Under the pieces are notes generated by a model that saw only the letters and a program-made list of their open reading frames with translations, had not been told where the DNA came from and did no database searches. Of a stretch of 64,000 nucleotides of DNA, positions 9,339 through 19,631 are shown in pieces. This DNA is from Candidatus Omnitrophota bacterium (GTDB taxonomy: Bacteria > Omnitrophota > Omnitrophia > Omnitrophales > Aquincolibacteriaceae), in NCBI GenBank assembly GCA_903856085.1, contig CAIOAT010000003.1:173-64172 (forward strand), written 5' to 3'. The translations under genes were made by a program, and so were the position numbers. Numbering within the stretch: the stretch's first letter is position 1; each line of letters opens with the position of its first letter.

Positions 9339-10436
9339 TCAGTAGTTGGCTTTTTCCAGCCTAAAAAGCGCGAATGTTGCGAAAAGGATATTCCCACCCC
9401 ATGCGCTAAAGAACGGTAAGAGTTTCCCAGCTTTTCCCATGGCGAGCAGGACCGCGTCGCATACATGGAATGCAAATACCATGGCTGCGCATACCAGAAC
9501 GCTCATGGCGATCGCCTTTCGGTTGCGTACGGTCCCCAGGAAGGGGATGGCGAGAAGCAGCATGACGAGGCCTTTCCAGGGTGAGGCCATGCGGTTGTAA
9601 AGATCCACTTTCTCTGCATACACGGCAATGCCGTTCTCTCTGAGCTTATTGATCGTGTATTTCAGTTCATGATAAGAAAGAAAAGCGCTGTCGCTCGCCG
9701 TGTTGATCAAGTCCCGTGGCGTGATCGTAACATCCAAATAACTTTTTTTCGGGATGATCAAGGGCTTTCCGAGGACATCGCCCTGGACGCCAGTTTGATA
9801 TTCCGTGATCCCCTCAAAAAGCCATTGATCGCCGGTCCAGGCGCCTCTTTGCGCGAAGATCTTTTGCGCGGTGTGATGCGTTACGGGATCCAGCCAGATG
9901 ATGATCGCGTCCTCGACGGTCTTGGGGCGTGGAGAGAATTTTCGGAAATAATAAAGTGTGTTGCCTCCGGAATAATAGGTGACGTTTTTGAAAACCTTTC
10001 GATCTTTGTTATCTTTTTTCTTCTCGATGTAGATCTCGAGGAGCTCGTTTGCCGTGCGGGAGGTTTTCGGCACCACGCGATCTGCGATAAGGAAGGTGAT
10101 GATGCCGAGCAACAGTCCGAGGAAGATCATCGGACGGACAATGGTGAGGATCTTGAGGCCAGCGGCCTTCATGGCCATCAGCTCGTTATGAAGGCCAAAT
10201 TGGACTAAAAGGAAAATGGTCCCGAGCCATACGGCCCACGCGATGGTCTGGGTGAACGAGATCGGGATGAGCGACAGATAATAGCGGAGGATGATCAGGA
10301 TCGGGGTCTTGTTCCTCAGAAGTTCATCGAGGTTATCAAAGAGGTCCGCCACCAGGATCAGGAAAATGAGTGTGAGAGAACAGAAAATGATCGGGAAGAT
10401 CAGTTCTCTTACAAGATATCGGTCCAGGACTTTCAA
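9339..10436 (-). CDS. lptG: LPS export permease LptF/LptG family
   Basis: LDRYLVRE start, NELMAMKAAG motif, TM layout with periplasmic domain; TTG start with AAGGAG RBS. The 47 extra upstream codons in the track run through repeat DNA. Confidence 0.85.
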   Translation of the reverse strand: MKVLDRYLVRELIFPIIFCSLTLIFLILVADLFDNLDELLRNKTPILIILRYYLSLIPISFTQTIAWAVWLGTIFLLVQFGLHNELMAMKAAGLKILTIVRPMIFLGLLLGIITFLIADRVVPKTSRTANELLEIYIEKKKDNKDRKVFKNVTYYSGGNTLYYFRKFSPRPKTVEDAIIIWLDPVTHHTAQKIFAQRGAWTGDQWLFEGITEYQTGVQGDVLGKPLIIPKKSYLDVTITPRDLINTASDSAFLSYHELKYTINKLRENGIAVYAEKVDLYNRMASPWKGLVMLLLAIPFLGTVRNRKAIAMSVLVCAAMVFAFHVCDAVLLAMGKAGKLLPFFSAWGGNILFATFALFRLEKANY

Positions 10437-10468
10437 AAGGGATTCTCCTTGAGAGTTGAGTTGCGAAG

Positions 10469-10547
10469 CCAGCACCGTTTCAAGGTCGATTTTACAGGTG
10501 AACGGTACAGCCCTGCGAGCCATAAGAGCAATATAGACGCAGTGCAG
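10469..10547. repeat. Repeat family 2 doublet (type A inverted + type B) with CCAG/CAG junctions
   Basis: CCAG-CACCGTT..AACGGTA (35 bp)-CAG-CCCTGCG..CGCAGTG (34 bp)-CAG; colinear with 36994-37074. Confidence 0.75.
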
Positions 10548-10628
10548 TATCTTATCCGCGCGCGGGACGAATCTCAAACTGTTTTTGCGGGAGACATGGT
10601 TTGATGTGCCCCCTCATTCTGAAGGAGC

Positions 10629-11342
10629 TCAAAGGGCGGGGCCTAGGATTGTTGCTTTTTTGATGTTGGGGACAGCCCTTGCGAGTGCCAGAAAATCCAC
10701 GCGCTTGGCACCATGGAGTTTCAAAAGACGGGCGGCTTCGTTTGCGGTCGCTCCGGTGGTCAGGACATCGTCCAAAAGAAGAAAAGACCTGTTCCTAGCT
10801 TTCGCGGGGTGCTTGAGTTGGAAGGCGCCATAGACATTGATCGCACGCTCACACTGGCTGAGGAAAGTTTGACTCGGAATGGAGCGATGCTTGATCAAAA
10901 GGGATCTGTCGACAGGAGGCGTAAGCCAAGGTTTCAACATCGTCGCGAGGATCTCCGCCTGATTGAAATGTCTTTTCATGAGTTTAAGTCTATCGATAGG
11001 GATGGGAAGGATCGCGTTGTACCCGAAATCGGAAGTGACAGCTTGCGCAATCTCAAGGGCGTGTTTTTGACAGGCCTTGAAAAGATAATCTTTGCGTGCG
11101 TACTTGACGCCGCGCAGCAGCTCCCTGACTGGGGACCTGTAGGCATAAACGGTCCAGACATTGTCCAGGTGTTCAAAACGTTCGTCGACCAGGGCTTCTT
11201 CCATGGGCCAGGCAAGGGCGTCGAGATTCCCGGTGCAGCGCCGACAAAGGATTGTCTCCTCAAGGTCGAGATTGGCGCGGCACACTTCGCATGCTGCAGG
11301 ATAGAAAAGGCGGATAAAGGCTTCTTTGTAGTGATGAAGCAT
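10629..11342 (-). CDS. comF: ComF family competence protein (zinc finger + phosphoribosyltransferase)
   Basis: CEVC...LCRRC, RHFNQA, LLLDDVLTTGAT. Confidence 0.92.
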   Translation of the reverse strand: MLHHYKEAFIRLFYPAACEVCRANLDLEETILCRRCTGNLDALAWPMEEALVDERFEHLDNVWTVYAYRSPVRELLRGVKYARKDYLFKACQKHALEIAQAVTSDFGYNAILPIPIDRLKLMKRHFNQAEILATMLKPWLTPPVDRSLLIKHRSIPSQTFLSQCERAINVYGAFQLKHPAKARNRSFLLLDDVLTTGATANEAARLLKLHGAKRVDFLALARAVPNIKKATILGPAL

Positions 11343-11484
11343 AAAGATATTATATCATAAAAATAATGCAATAAAATCAAATGAGTCTTTTTCGCGTGCC
11401 ACGTTTCACGTCTCGCGCAACCCCTGCTCCGAGGGTAGTCGGATATGGCGCTTGGGACGTGGGACGATGTTGCCGTTATTTCCT

Positions 11485-11512
11485 TTGCCTCAGGGCGGGT
11501 TTTCCGTATAAT
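11485..11512 (+). promoter_or_regulatory. Sigma-70-type promoter for rpsU
   Basis: TTGCCT-16 bp-TATAAT upstream of rpsU. Confidence 0.55.
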
Positions 11513-11553
11513 ACCGCCTCCATTAATCCACATACGAGAGAGGGTGAAACCGA

Positions 11554-11733
11554 GTGCTAAAAGTTGACGTTGGAAATCACGAGCCGCTTGAGCGGGCCTT
11601 GAAGCGCCTGAAAAAAAAGTTGGAACGCGAAGGGATCATGAAGATCCTGAAGGCGCGGAAGAATTACGAAAAGCCCAGCGAGAAGAGGCGTCGTAAGTCC
11701 CGCATGAACAAATCCCGTAAATATAGCTTCTAA
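11554..11733 (+). CDS. rpsU: 30S ribosomal protein S21 (missing from the ORF track)
   Basis: GTG start; MLKVDVGNHEPLERALKRLKKKLEREGIMKILKARKNYEKPSEKRRRK... Confidence 0.93.
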   Translation: MLKVDVGNHEPLERALKRLKKKLEREGIMKILKARKNYEKPSEKRRRKSRMNKSRKYSF

Positions 11734-11772
11734 TTGAGGCGCTATCCGAACGAGTTTTCCTTGTTAGCATCC

Positions 11773-11825
11773 GAAAGGGGACAGTCCCTCTGAAATTAAA
11801 GGGGATTGTCCCCTTTCTCTTTTTC
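11773..11825 (+). terminator. Inverted repeat/terminator after rpsU made of GGGGACAGTCCC-type palindromes
   Basis: GAAAGGGGACAGTCCCTCT...AAAGGGGATTGTCCCCTTTC followed by a T-rich run. Confidence 0.65.
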
Positions 11826-11989
11826 GGCAAAGTGGAAATGCGCTTCTTCTTTTGATATGATGACGCCTGATTAACATTGATTTTTAAATGAAAATCAGTG
11901 CAGTCCCAATGACCCTTTATTCCTTGTTAGGACTTGGGATGCCCTGAAGCGTGAATCGTGCAGGACGAAAGGGCAGCACCCCACAACTT

Positions 11990-13261
11990 ATGACAGCAAA
12001 ATACCAGGGTTTCCCGGGGATGGAGGACATTCTTCCCGGCGAGATTGAAAAATGGCAATGGATCGAGGAAAAAGCGCGCATTTTCTTCGATGCCGCCGGA
12101 TTCAAAGAAATACGCACCCCTCTTCTCGAACCTACAGAACTTTTCGTCCGGTCCATTGGCGCGACCAGCGATATCGTCCACAAAGAGATGTTCTCCTTCA
12201 AGGATCGCGGGGAGCGGGATATGACGCTTCGTCCCGAGATGACCGCTTCGGTTGCGCGTGCCGTGATCGAAAAAGGTCTTCTCAAACAGGCGAAGTCCCT
12301 CCGGCTTTATTACATGGGTCCCATGTTTCGTGCCGAGCGTCCCCAAGCGGGTCGTAAACGTCAGTTCCATCAGATCGGCGCCGAGATCATCAATGAAGAT
12401 GTGGTGTCAGATTTTGAGATCATTGCGCTCCTCTATAAGTTTCTTCAATACGCAGGCCTCAAGAACATCCGGTTGAATCTGAACGATCTTGGCGAGGAGG
12501 CGGACCGTGCGCAAGTGCGCAAGTCGCTTACGGAACATTTTTCAGGAGAAAAAGCCAGGCTCTGCAAGGATTGCCAGTGGCGGCTGGAAAAGAACGTGCT
12601 TCGTGTGTTTGATTGCAAAGTTCCGGGATGTCAGCCGGTGATCGAGTCGGCGCCGTGGGAAGATTTTTTTCCGCTCAGTGACCGTTTCAAGACGCTGGGC
12701 TCAAAGCTTGAGGTTCATAGCATTCCTTATCATGTGAACCGGCGTCTCGTGCGCGGTCTTGACTATTACAACGGTGTGGTTTTCGAGATCACGGCCGAAG
12801 GGTTGGGGGCGCAGAATGCCGTGGCGGGCGGTGGGCGTTACAATAATCTTTATCAGGAACTCGGCGGAAGTGCCACGCCCTGTACGGGATTCAGCATCGG
12901 AATGGAACGGCTCTTGACCGCAATCGAGGCTCAGGATCCGAAGGCTTTTGAGGTGCTTCGTGCACGAAAAGTTTATTTTTCGCCGCTTGAAGATCATGCT
13001 GAAATCTTGCGGTTTTGCCTGGAAAAAGCGGTTTTGTTGCGCGAAGCGGGAGCCCGGCCCGAGACGACGCATGGCGTTTTTTCTCTGAGCCAGCACCTGA
13101 AGAAGGCGAATCAGTTGGGGCTTCGTTTTATGGTGATCGTAGGGCCGGACGAATTCGGGAAAAAGGTCGCGGTGGTAAAAGACCTTGAGAACAGGGTGCA
13201 GGAGGAAGTTGGCATCGAACAGATCGTGGCACATTTAAAAAAGGTGATGAATTTATGCTGA
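11990..13261 (+). CDS. hisS: Histidine--tRNA ligase
   Basis: LRPEMTAS, FRAERPQAGRKRQFHQ, LVRGLDYY, GGGRY, IGMER. Confidence 0.96.
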   Translation: MTAKYQGFPGMEDILPGEIEKWQWIEEKARIFFDAAGFKEIRTPLLEPTELFVRSIGATSDIVHKEMFSFKDRGERDMTLRPEMTASVARAVIEKGLLKQAKSLRLYYMGPMFRAERPQAGRKRQFHQIGAEIINEDVVSDFEIIALLYKFLQYAGLKNIRLNLNDLGEEADRAQVRKSLTEHFSGEKARLCKDCQWRLEKNVLRVFDCKVPGCQPVIESAPWEDFFPLSDRFKTLGSKLEVHSIPYHVNRRLVRGLDYYNGVVFEITAEGLGAQNAVAGGGRYNNLYQELGGSATPCTGFSIGMERLLTAIEAQDPKAFEVLRARKVYFSPLEDHAEILRFCLEKAVLLREAGARPETTHGVFSLSQHLKKANQLGLRFMVIVGPDEFGKKVAVVKDLENRVQEEVGIEQIVAHLKKVMNLC

Positions 13262-15030
13262 GGACAGTGACATGCGGTGAGCTGGACAAAAGTTTTGTTG
13301 GAAAAGAGGAGACCCTGACCGGATGGGTGGATACCCGGCGTGATCATGGGAATTTGATCTTTGTGGACCTTCGCGATCGTTGGGGCCTGACCCAGATCGT
13401 TTTGAATCCGCAAGCCAATCCTGAGATGCATAAAAAAGCGGAGTCGCTTCGGTCGGAATTCGTGATTCGCGTAAAGGGGAAAGTCGCCGCTCGTCCGGCC
13501 GGGACTGTAAATTCTAAGATCCCGACAGGGGAGATCGAACTTCAGGCCGAAGAACTCGAAATTCTGAACGCCTGTCTTCCGATGCCTTTTGAGCTTGAAG
13601 AAAAGAATGTGGGTGAGGAGCTCCGGCTCCAGTACCGGTTTTTGGATCTCCGCCGCAAGGAGATGATCCGCAATCTTACGCTCCGTCATCGCGTGACGAA
13701 GCTGGTACACGAATATCTGGACAAGCAGGGTTTTATCGAGGTCGAAACACCTTATCTGACGAAGAGCACGCCAGAAGGAGCCCGTGATTTTCTTGTGCCG
13801 TCGCGCTTGAATCCCGGAAGCTTTTACGCATTGCCGCAATCGCCACAGCTTTTTAAACAACTCCTTATGGTTGCGAATTATGACCGCTACTATCAGCTCG
13901 CCCGCTGTTTTCGCGACGAAGATCTTCGCAAGGATCGTCAGCCCGAACACACCCAGATCGATCTTGAGATGTCCTTCATTGATGAAGAAGACATTATGGG
14001 GATCGTGGAAGGGATGGTGGGGCATGTTTTCAAACACGCCAAGCAGCTCGATATCAAACTTCCCCTACGCCGTATGAGCTACAAGGAAGCCATGGAGAAG
14101 TACGGAAGCGACAAGCCCGATCTCCGGTACGGAATGGCGATCTCTGACCTTACGTCAGTTTTTGAAAAAAGCGGGTTCAAGATCTTTGATGAAACGATCG
14201 CCAATGGCGGCCAGATCCGTGGGCTTGCGTTCACGCCGCCAGCAGGTGTGGAATTCTCGCGCAAGGATTTTGATGATCTTACGCAGTGGATCAAGACCTA
14301 TGGGCCGAAAGGCCTGGCCTGGTTCAAGGTTCTCGGGCCGGATCAGGTTGAATCACCGATCCAAAAGTTCTTTGATACCGCGCGCATCGGAAAAATGATC
14401 GCGACCGTAGGCGCCAAACCTGGCGATATTGTTTTTATGGTTGCCGACAAGTTTAAGATCGCAGCCGTTGCGCTTGGAGCGCTTCGCTGCTTTCTTGCGG
14501 ATAAATACAAAATGATCCCGGAAGGGAAGTTCGAACTTCTTTGGATCGTGGATTTTCCTCTTTTCGACTGGAACGAGGAAGAGAAGCGCTGCGATGCTTG
14601 CCATCACCCGTTCACGTCGCCGAAGCCGGAGGATGTGCCGCTTCTTGAGACGGATCCTCTCAAAGTGAGGGCTCGTGCTTATGACCTGGTTTGTAACGGT
14701 ACAGAAATGGGCGGAGGTAGCATCCGTATCCATGACCGGGCGGTGCAGTCCAAGATCTTCAATCTTTTGAATCTGACGGCGGAACAAGCGGAACTGCAGT
14801 TTGGGTTCCTTCTGAAAGCGCTTTCTTTCGGGGCGCCGCCGCACGGAGGCCTCGCGATCGGGCTCGATCGTTTTGTGACGCTTCTCCTAGGTCTGGAATC
14901 GATCCGGGAAGTGATCGCGTTCCCCAAGACGCAAAAGGGCACCTGTCTGATGACCGATGCGCCCTCGACCGTGGATGAACGGCAGCTCAAAGAACTCAGC
15001 GTTGCGATAAAACTTAATCCCAAAACATAG
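13255..15030 (+). CDS. aspS: Aspartate--tRNA ligase (probably non-discriminating Asp/Asn type)
   Basis: [35 protein letters not shown]. Confidence 0.96.
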   Translation: MLRTVTCGELDKSFVGKEETLTGWVDTRRDHGNLIFVDLRDRWGLTQIVLNPQANPEMHKKAESLRSEFVIRVKGKVAARPAGTVNSKIPTGEIELQAEELEILNACLPMPFELEEKNVGEELRLQYRFLDLRRKEMIRNLTLRHRVTKLVHEYLDKQGFIEVETPYLTKSTPEGARDFLVPSRLNPGSFYALPQSPQLFKQLLMVANYDRYYQLARCFRDEDLRKDRQPEHTQIDLEMSFIDEEDIMGIVEGMVGHVFKHAKQLDIKLPLRRMSYKEAMEKYGSDKPDLRYGMAISDLTSVFEKSGFKIFDETIANGGQIRGLAFTPPAGVEFSRKDFDDLTQWIKTYGPKGLAWFKVLGPDQVESPIQKFFDTARIGKMIATVGAKPGDIVFMVADKFKIAAVALGALRCFLADKYKMIPEGKFELLWIVDFPLFDWNEEEKRCDACHHPFTSPKPEDVPLLETDPLKVRARAYDLVCNGTEMGGGSIRIHDRAVQSKIFNLLNLTAEQAELQFGFLLKALSFGAPPHGGLAIGLDRFVTLLLGLESIREVIAFPKTQKGTCLMTDAPSTVDERQLKELSVAIKLNPKT

Positions 15031-15043
15031 AAAGGGGTTCGCC

Positions 15044-16000
15044 TTGCAAAAACTGATCAAGCTGCACTCGAATGAAGAAGCGAAAGCTCTTTACGGCAAT
15101 CTGGATCAGAATGTCCGCCAGGCGGAGAAGGACCATCGCGTCAAGATCGTGGCGCGTAATGATCGGATGAAGATCATGGGCGATAAAAAGAATGTGGAAG
15201 AAGCTACCCGTTTCTTTGTCCGGATGCTTGAGATGATTCGCAAGGGCGGTCGCTTGCCGGAAAAGGCGAGCGCGGAAGCCAGCCCCAAGATCGAGGCTCG
15301 TGTGACGCCACCGCAAGGCGGGGGGATTCATTTCTTTCATCGCGGGAAAGTGATCCAGGCGCGAAGCGAGAACCAGCTGGCGTATTTGAAGGCTATGCAG
15401 ACGCATGATATCGTGATCTCCATCGGCCCTGCGGGGACTGGGAAAACCTATCTCGCTATGGCTGCGGCCATTGAGGCGCTCAAGAAAAAATATGTGGCCC
15501 GTATCATTCTGACACGTCCCGCGGTTGAGGCCGGAGAAAATCTCGGTTTTTTGCCCGGGGATCTTGCGGCGAAAGTAAATCCCTACCTCCGGCCGCTTTA
15601 CGATGCACTCTATGACATGCTCGAATTCGATGAAGTGGCCCGTTACACCGAGCGAGGGGCGATCGAGATCGCACCGATCGCGTACATGCGTGGACGGACG
15701 CTTAACGATTCCTATGTCATTCTTGATGAGGCTCAGAACTGTACGAACAGTCAGATGAAGATGTTCCTGACGCGTCTGGGACAGACCTCCAAGGTCGTGA
15801 TCACGGGGGATATCACGCAGATCGATCTGCCGTCGGCGAAGAAATCCGGGCTTGTCGAGATCCGTACGATCCTCGCCGATATTCCGGACATCCAGTTCAT
15901 CTATTTGAACGAGACAGACGTGGTGCGCCATCCCCTCGTGCAAGAGATCATCAAGGCATATGACAAACACGAACGCAAAAAAGCCCGGGAAGAATCCTAG
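15044..16000 (+). CDS. phoH: PhoH family ATPase
   Basis: [41 protein letters not shown]. Confidence 0.93.
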   Translation: MQKLIKLHSNEEAKALYGNLDQNVRQAEKDHRVKIVARNDRMKIMGDKKNVEEATRFFVRMLEMIRKGGRLPEKASAEASPKIEARVTPPQGGGIHFFHRGKVIQARSENQLAYLKAMQTHDIVISIGPAGTGKTYLAMAAAIEALKKKYVARIILTRPAVEAGENLGFLPGDLAAKVNPYLRPLYDALYDMLEFDEVARYTERGAIEIAPIAYMRGRTLNDSYVILDEAQNCTNSQMKMFLTRLGQTSKVVITGDITQIDLPSAKKSGLVEIRTILADIPDIQFIYLNETDVVRHPLVQEIIKAYDKHERKKAREES

Positions 16001-16097
16001 GGCTGCTTTCGTGGAATCCCACCCTTTCAGGACGCTGCTTTCGGGACAGACGGTCCATAAATATCAGACCCCTGAAGGTGCTTCTTGAGGTTTCCTT

Positions 16098-16580
16098 ATG
16101 GCGTATGAGATCTACCTGAAACAGGAGTGTCCTCGGATCAAGGTCTCGGAGGCCACGCTCAAAACAATTGCCACGAAGATCTTGAAAGACCTGGGTTTTA
16201 AAAGAGCGGTGTTGAGCGTGGTTCTCGTGGACGGTCCTGAGATGCGCAAGCTCAATCGCCGTTATCTCCGCCATGCATGGTCCACAGACGTGCTCGCGTT
16301 CAGCCAGCAGAAATCTCCGGGGCATTTGAAAGAAATGCTCCCCGCGCAAGTCCTTTGCCGCAAAGATATCGATTTTCTTGGGGATATCGCGCTTTGCCTT
16401 CCCACGATCCGTACACAAGCTAAGGAGTACGAACATACTTTTGAAGAAGAGCTTCACTATTGTCTCTGTCACGGGATCTTGCATCTTATGGGCTATGAGG
16501 ACAAGAATCGCGTCGCGTTCAAGAAGATGCATCGCAAGCAGAGCCAAATTCTCACGCGCGTGAAAAAGGAAAAAAACTAG
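16098..16580 (+). CDS. ybeY: rRNA maturation endoribonuclease YbeY
   Basis: TDVLAF, LGDIALC, HGILHLMGYED (third His of the H3xH5xH motif appears as D). Confidence 0.88.
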   Translation: MAYEIYLKQECPRIKVSEATLKTIATKILKDLGFKRAVLSVVLVDGPEMRKLNRRYLRHAWSTDVLAFSQQKSPGHLKEMLPAQVLCRKDIDFLGDIALCLPTIRTQAKEYEHTFEEELHYCLCHGILHLMGYEDKNRVAFKKMHRKQSQILTRVKKEKN

Positions 16581-16741
16581 CACTGCGTTGTCATTCATTT
16601 TAAGGATTCGCAGCGCTAGCACCGTCCTAGTTTAATATTTCTTTTCGAGATCGTAGTTTGGGCGGCCCCAATCTCAGCGAAGCTGAGATTGATTGGTATT
16701 GGGACCGTTAACCCGTAAAAACAAATTGAGAACGGTACTAG
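16577..16741. repeat. Mosaic of four palindromic units filling the ybeY-recO gap (family 2B, a third hairpin, family 1, family 2A)
   Basis: CTAG (ybeY stop)-35 bp unit 16581-16615-CTAG-hairpin-family 1 (16665-16706)-35 bp unit 16703-16737-CTAG. Confidence 0.78.
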
Positions 16742-16744
16742 TCA

Positions 16745-17506
16745 ATGAGCATCCACAAGACCGAAGCCCTTGTTTTAAAGACGATGCCGTTCCGTTCCAG
16801 TTCTCTCATCGTGACATTTTTTACCCCGAGACTCGGAAAAGTGCGCGGGGTAGTGAAGGGCGTGCATCGGGAAGGGGAGATCCGTCAGGCGGGTTTCGAG
16901 CTGTTCACCCACGCGGAGTACGTCTTCTACGAAAAAAAACGTTCGGATCTTCATCTGATCTCGGATGCTGCGATTCTTGAAAGCCACCACGCTCTTCGCG
17001 ATCGTTTGGAAGGGATCGCGTATGCCAGTTATTTTTGCGAGCTGGTGGACGAGTTGACCGAGGTTCAGGACCCGCACCCGAAGATCTTTGACCTGCTAAA
17101 GGAAAGTTTCCATTTTCTTCCCGTGATCCCTCCTCCGCGTCTTGAGACGGTTTTTGTGACGCAGCTCCTCAGGGAAATGGGCTGGCTCCCTTTTCTTGAG
17201 AGCTGCCTGCAGTGCGGCGCGAAACCGCTCGAAAAAGGTTTTTTTTCTATCGGTCACGGAGCGCTTCTTTGCGAGCGCTGTCGTTCGAAGGATACCGCCG
17301 CGCTTCCGGTGAGTTCCAGTGCGCTTGCGGTTCTGCGTTCTTACAGCAAGGATGCGCTGGCGGATTGTCTTCGCGTGTCCCACAGCTCCGCAATCGAGGG
17401 CCAGATCAAGACTCTCATAACTACCTTCGTCAATTATCGCCTTGGAAAGGTTCTCAAGACCCGCAAGTTCCTCGATTCCATCCGCACCGTTCTGAAGTCC
17501 GCTTAG
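16745..17506 (+). CDS. recO: DNA repair protein RecO
   Basis: N-terminal OB fold (SSSLIVTFFTPRLGKVRGVVKG), CxxC...CxxC zinc finger. Confidence 0.92.
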   Translation: MSIHKTEALVLKTMPFRSSSLIVTFFTPRLGKVRGVVKGVHREGEIRQAGFELFTHAEYVFYEKKRSDLHLISDAAILESHHALRDRLEGIAYASYFCELVDELTEVQDPHPKIFDLLKESFHFLPVIPPPRLETVFVTQLLREMGWLPFLESCLQCGAKPLEKGFFSIGHGALLCERCRSKDTAALPVSSSALAVLRSYSKDALADCLRVSHSSAIEGQIKTLITTFVNYRLGKVLKTRKFLDSIRTVLKSA

Positions 17507-17734
17507 TTCTTCCTCTAAAAAACAGACCCTTCGCAGTCAGAAAAAAATTCGACACATTAAAATTTTTTTTGTAAAGCTGTAACCTGTTTATCTGCAATGG
17601 CTTACGATGATTATAAACTTATCGCATGCATTTGACTTTTCTATATTGCCATGCTATGTTTCCAATAGAAGATAGAAATAACAAAAAATATGTAGATGTT
17701 ATATATTGCTATATTCTAAAAGGGGGGAACTCAG

Positions 17735-18532
17735 ATGGATGAGAACAAAACGCAGAATTTCGATGCGCCCTATCTGTATTTTGGTCTTTCGAGCGAGGAT
17801 CGAGAATCAGCCATCCACTTTCTTTTAGAGTCTATTTTGAAAGCCAAAGATCGCCCTCATGGCTTGTCCCGGAAGCTTTCTTTTGATGAAGATGTGAATA
17901 TTTATCTGGCCCATTTGCTTTTTGCCATCTCTCTCCCGGAGTATCATGATATGGCGGATCCCTTTCTTTCGACTAACACGGATGAGGTTTTTGAATGGGT
18001 TCGAGAGACCGAAGATCCGATGCTTCGGTATTTCATTTTTAAAGTCAATGCCGACCATTTGCTCGTACAGTCCACGATCTTCAACCCTAATCCTCAATTG
18101 GCCAAGCGGTTCTCGTTCAAAAAAGATGTAAAGGAGGAGACGAGCGAGGAACGTTTGGCCGCGATTCTTTATTACAATCAGGCCTCGCGTTGCCACGCCG
18201 GGGTTTATGATAAAAAGACCGGTGTGGGAGAGGTCCTCGGGAAGATCGCGGGTCAGTTCGACGTTTACCGGCATATTCTTACCGGCGTTAAAGAAGATTA
18301 TTTTAAGTTCATCGAGTGTTTCCGTGAGCAGGCGTTCCAGCAATTTCTCGTCAAGCTGAGCGGCTATGAAAGAGAACATCTTCGGGGTATGCGAATGGAA
18401 AAGTTTCTCGAGGTTTATCAGCAGTGGCTTACGACAAAGGCTCCGGAACTTAAAGCCAAGATACTTCATTTAACTCAGGAACTCAGTCAGTTAGACCCCC
18501 AGTTCTGTTTTGACGTCAGCAAACTCAACTAA
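17735..18532 (+). CDS. Hypothetical all-helical protein (265 aa), monocistronic
   Basis: AAGGGGGG RBS; AT-rich promoter region upstream and terminator downstream; no family recognised. Confidence 0.8.
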   Translation: MDENKTQNFDAPYLYFGLSSEDRESAIHFLLESILKAKDRPHGLSRKLSFDEDVNIYLAHLLFAISLPEYHDMADPFLSTNTDEVFEWVRETEDPMLRYFIFKVNADHLLVQSTIFNPNPQLAKRFSFKKDVKEETSEERLAAILYYNQASRCHAGVYDKKTGVGEVLGKIAGQFDVYRHILTGVKEDYFKFIECFREQAFQQFLVKLSGYEREHLRGMRMEKFLEVYQQWLTTKAPELKAKILHLTQELSQLDPQFCFDVSKLN

Positions 18533-18556
18533 TCAAGCCGAGGAAAGGTTGCTTTT

Positions 18557-18631
18557 CGGAGTCCGCAGGTCTTGTCCGGTGCTCGGCGTTGTTTGCGCCT
18601 GGCGGAGAGATTTGCGGGCTCCGTTTTTTTT
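18557..18631 (+). terminator. Long-stem intrinsic terminator
   Basis: CGGAGTCCGCAGGTCT...AGATTTGCGGGCTCCG followed by T8. Confidence 0.7.
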
Positions 18632-18747
18632 GTCTCTAGCTCGAGCAACCTGATGCCGTGTGAAGGGGAGTGCTCCTGAGACCTGTGGTGGCGTCACGGT
18701 TCGATTCCTTGACTTGTGAACATTAAAGCATTAATATTTTTTCACTT

Positions 18748-19113
18748 ATGAGAGCTAATAAACTTTTTTTATTTTCAAATGGGGCGCGGGTCTTCGTGTT
18801 CGTCGCCTTTTTTTCTTTTTTGACAGGGACTGTTTATGCTGGGGTGTTTGAATCTAGCGAATGGACTCACGAGTCCACTTATCTCGGAAAGATCTCCCAA
18901 AAGTTAGGATTCGGGTTTCTCAATATCACAGTCGGTTGGACGGCTCTCTTCTATGAACCTGCCCGCGAGCAGAATTTTTTTGCGGGGGTTGCCAAGGGGA
19001 TCGGTTACACCTTCACGAATTCGGTGGGCGGAATTCTTCACGCGGCAACGTTCCCTTTGCCGCTTGATATTCCATTGCCTCACGGAGGGATTGCTTATGA
19101 ATACAAAAAATAG
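18748..19113 (+). CDS. Small exported/membrane protein, TIGR04073-like (exosortase-system-associated) family
   Basis: Signal peptide; KLGFGFLNITVGW...GVAKGIGYT...GGILHAATFPLP pattern; TTGACT-17-TAATAT promoter upstream. Confidence 0.6.
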   Translation: MRANKLFLFSNGARVFVFVAFFSFLTGTVYAGVFESSEWTHESTYLGKISQKLGFGFLNITVGWTALFYEPAREQNFFAGVAKGIGYTFTNSVGGILHAATFPLPLDIPLPHGGIAYEYKK

Positions 19114-19492
19114 GCGGCCCTTTTTAGCACTCCTCGTGTCTGTCAGCCTTTTTCTGTCTGCCGTTACGTCTGTTTATGCGGCATCTCCCTGGATGGCAAA
19201 GCAGGGCTATGGGTCGAAAACTTGGGGGAAATTCTGCTTTGGCATTAAAAATTCTTTGCTGGGCTGGATGACGCCATGGGCCGAAGCTAAGAATCCGAAG
19301 TATCTCACCCAATGGAGTGGCTATTCGGCAGGAATCGGCGAAGGGGTGATCTATACGGTCGGAGGAGTGATCCAATTGGCTACTTTTTTCATCCCCGTGG
19401 ATTTTCCAGACATGGGTTATGGGTTACCGATTCCTGATCCGGAAAGAGCCAAGAACCCTCCCAAACCCTACGCTCCTTACAGCAAGAAATAG
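19097..19492 (+). CDS. Paralogue of the preceding small membrane protein
   Basis: Start ATG 19097; signal peptide; KFCFGIKNSLLGW...GIGEGVIYTVGGVIQLATFFIP. Confidence 0.6.
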   Translation: MNTKNRRPFLALLVSVSLFLSAVTSVYAASPWMAKQGYGSKTWGKFCFGIKNSLLGWMTPWAEAKNPKYLTQWSGYSAGIGEGVIYTVGGVIQLATFFIPVDFPDMGYGLPIPDPERAKNPPKPYAPYSKK

Positions 19493-19631
19493 AAGCGTTC
19501 TGCCGTTTTTTCTTGTCATAGGAACAGAGTCGTTTGTCGTTTGGGCATCTTGTTTCCAAGCTTTCTGAAGTCTGGTATAATCCTCGCTCGATAGCACGGT
19601 CATTCTTCATCCTCTCCTAAGAAAGGATCTT

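Noticed and set aside
10437-10577. 47-codon N-terminal extension of lptG given in the ORF track
   Set aside because: It runs through the repeat doublet; a TTG with an AAGGAG RBS at 10436 gives a normal LptF/G N-terminus.
16577-16741. Possible CRISPR array or integron attC sites from the ~35 bp repeats
   Set aside because: No identical direct repeats with unique spacers, no cas or intI genes, and no RYYYAAC/GTTRRRY cores.
18650-18712. tRNA-like GGTTCGATTCC
   Set aside because: No acceptor stem, D arm or anticodon arm can be formed around it.
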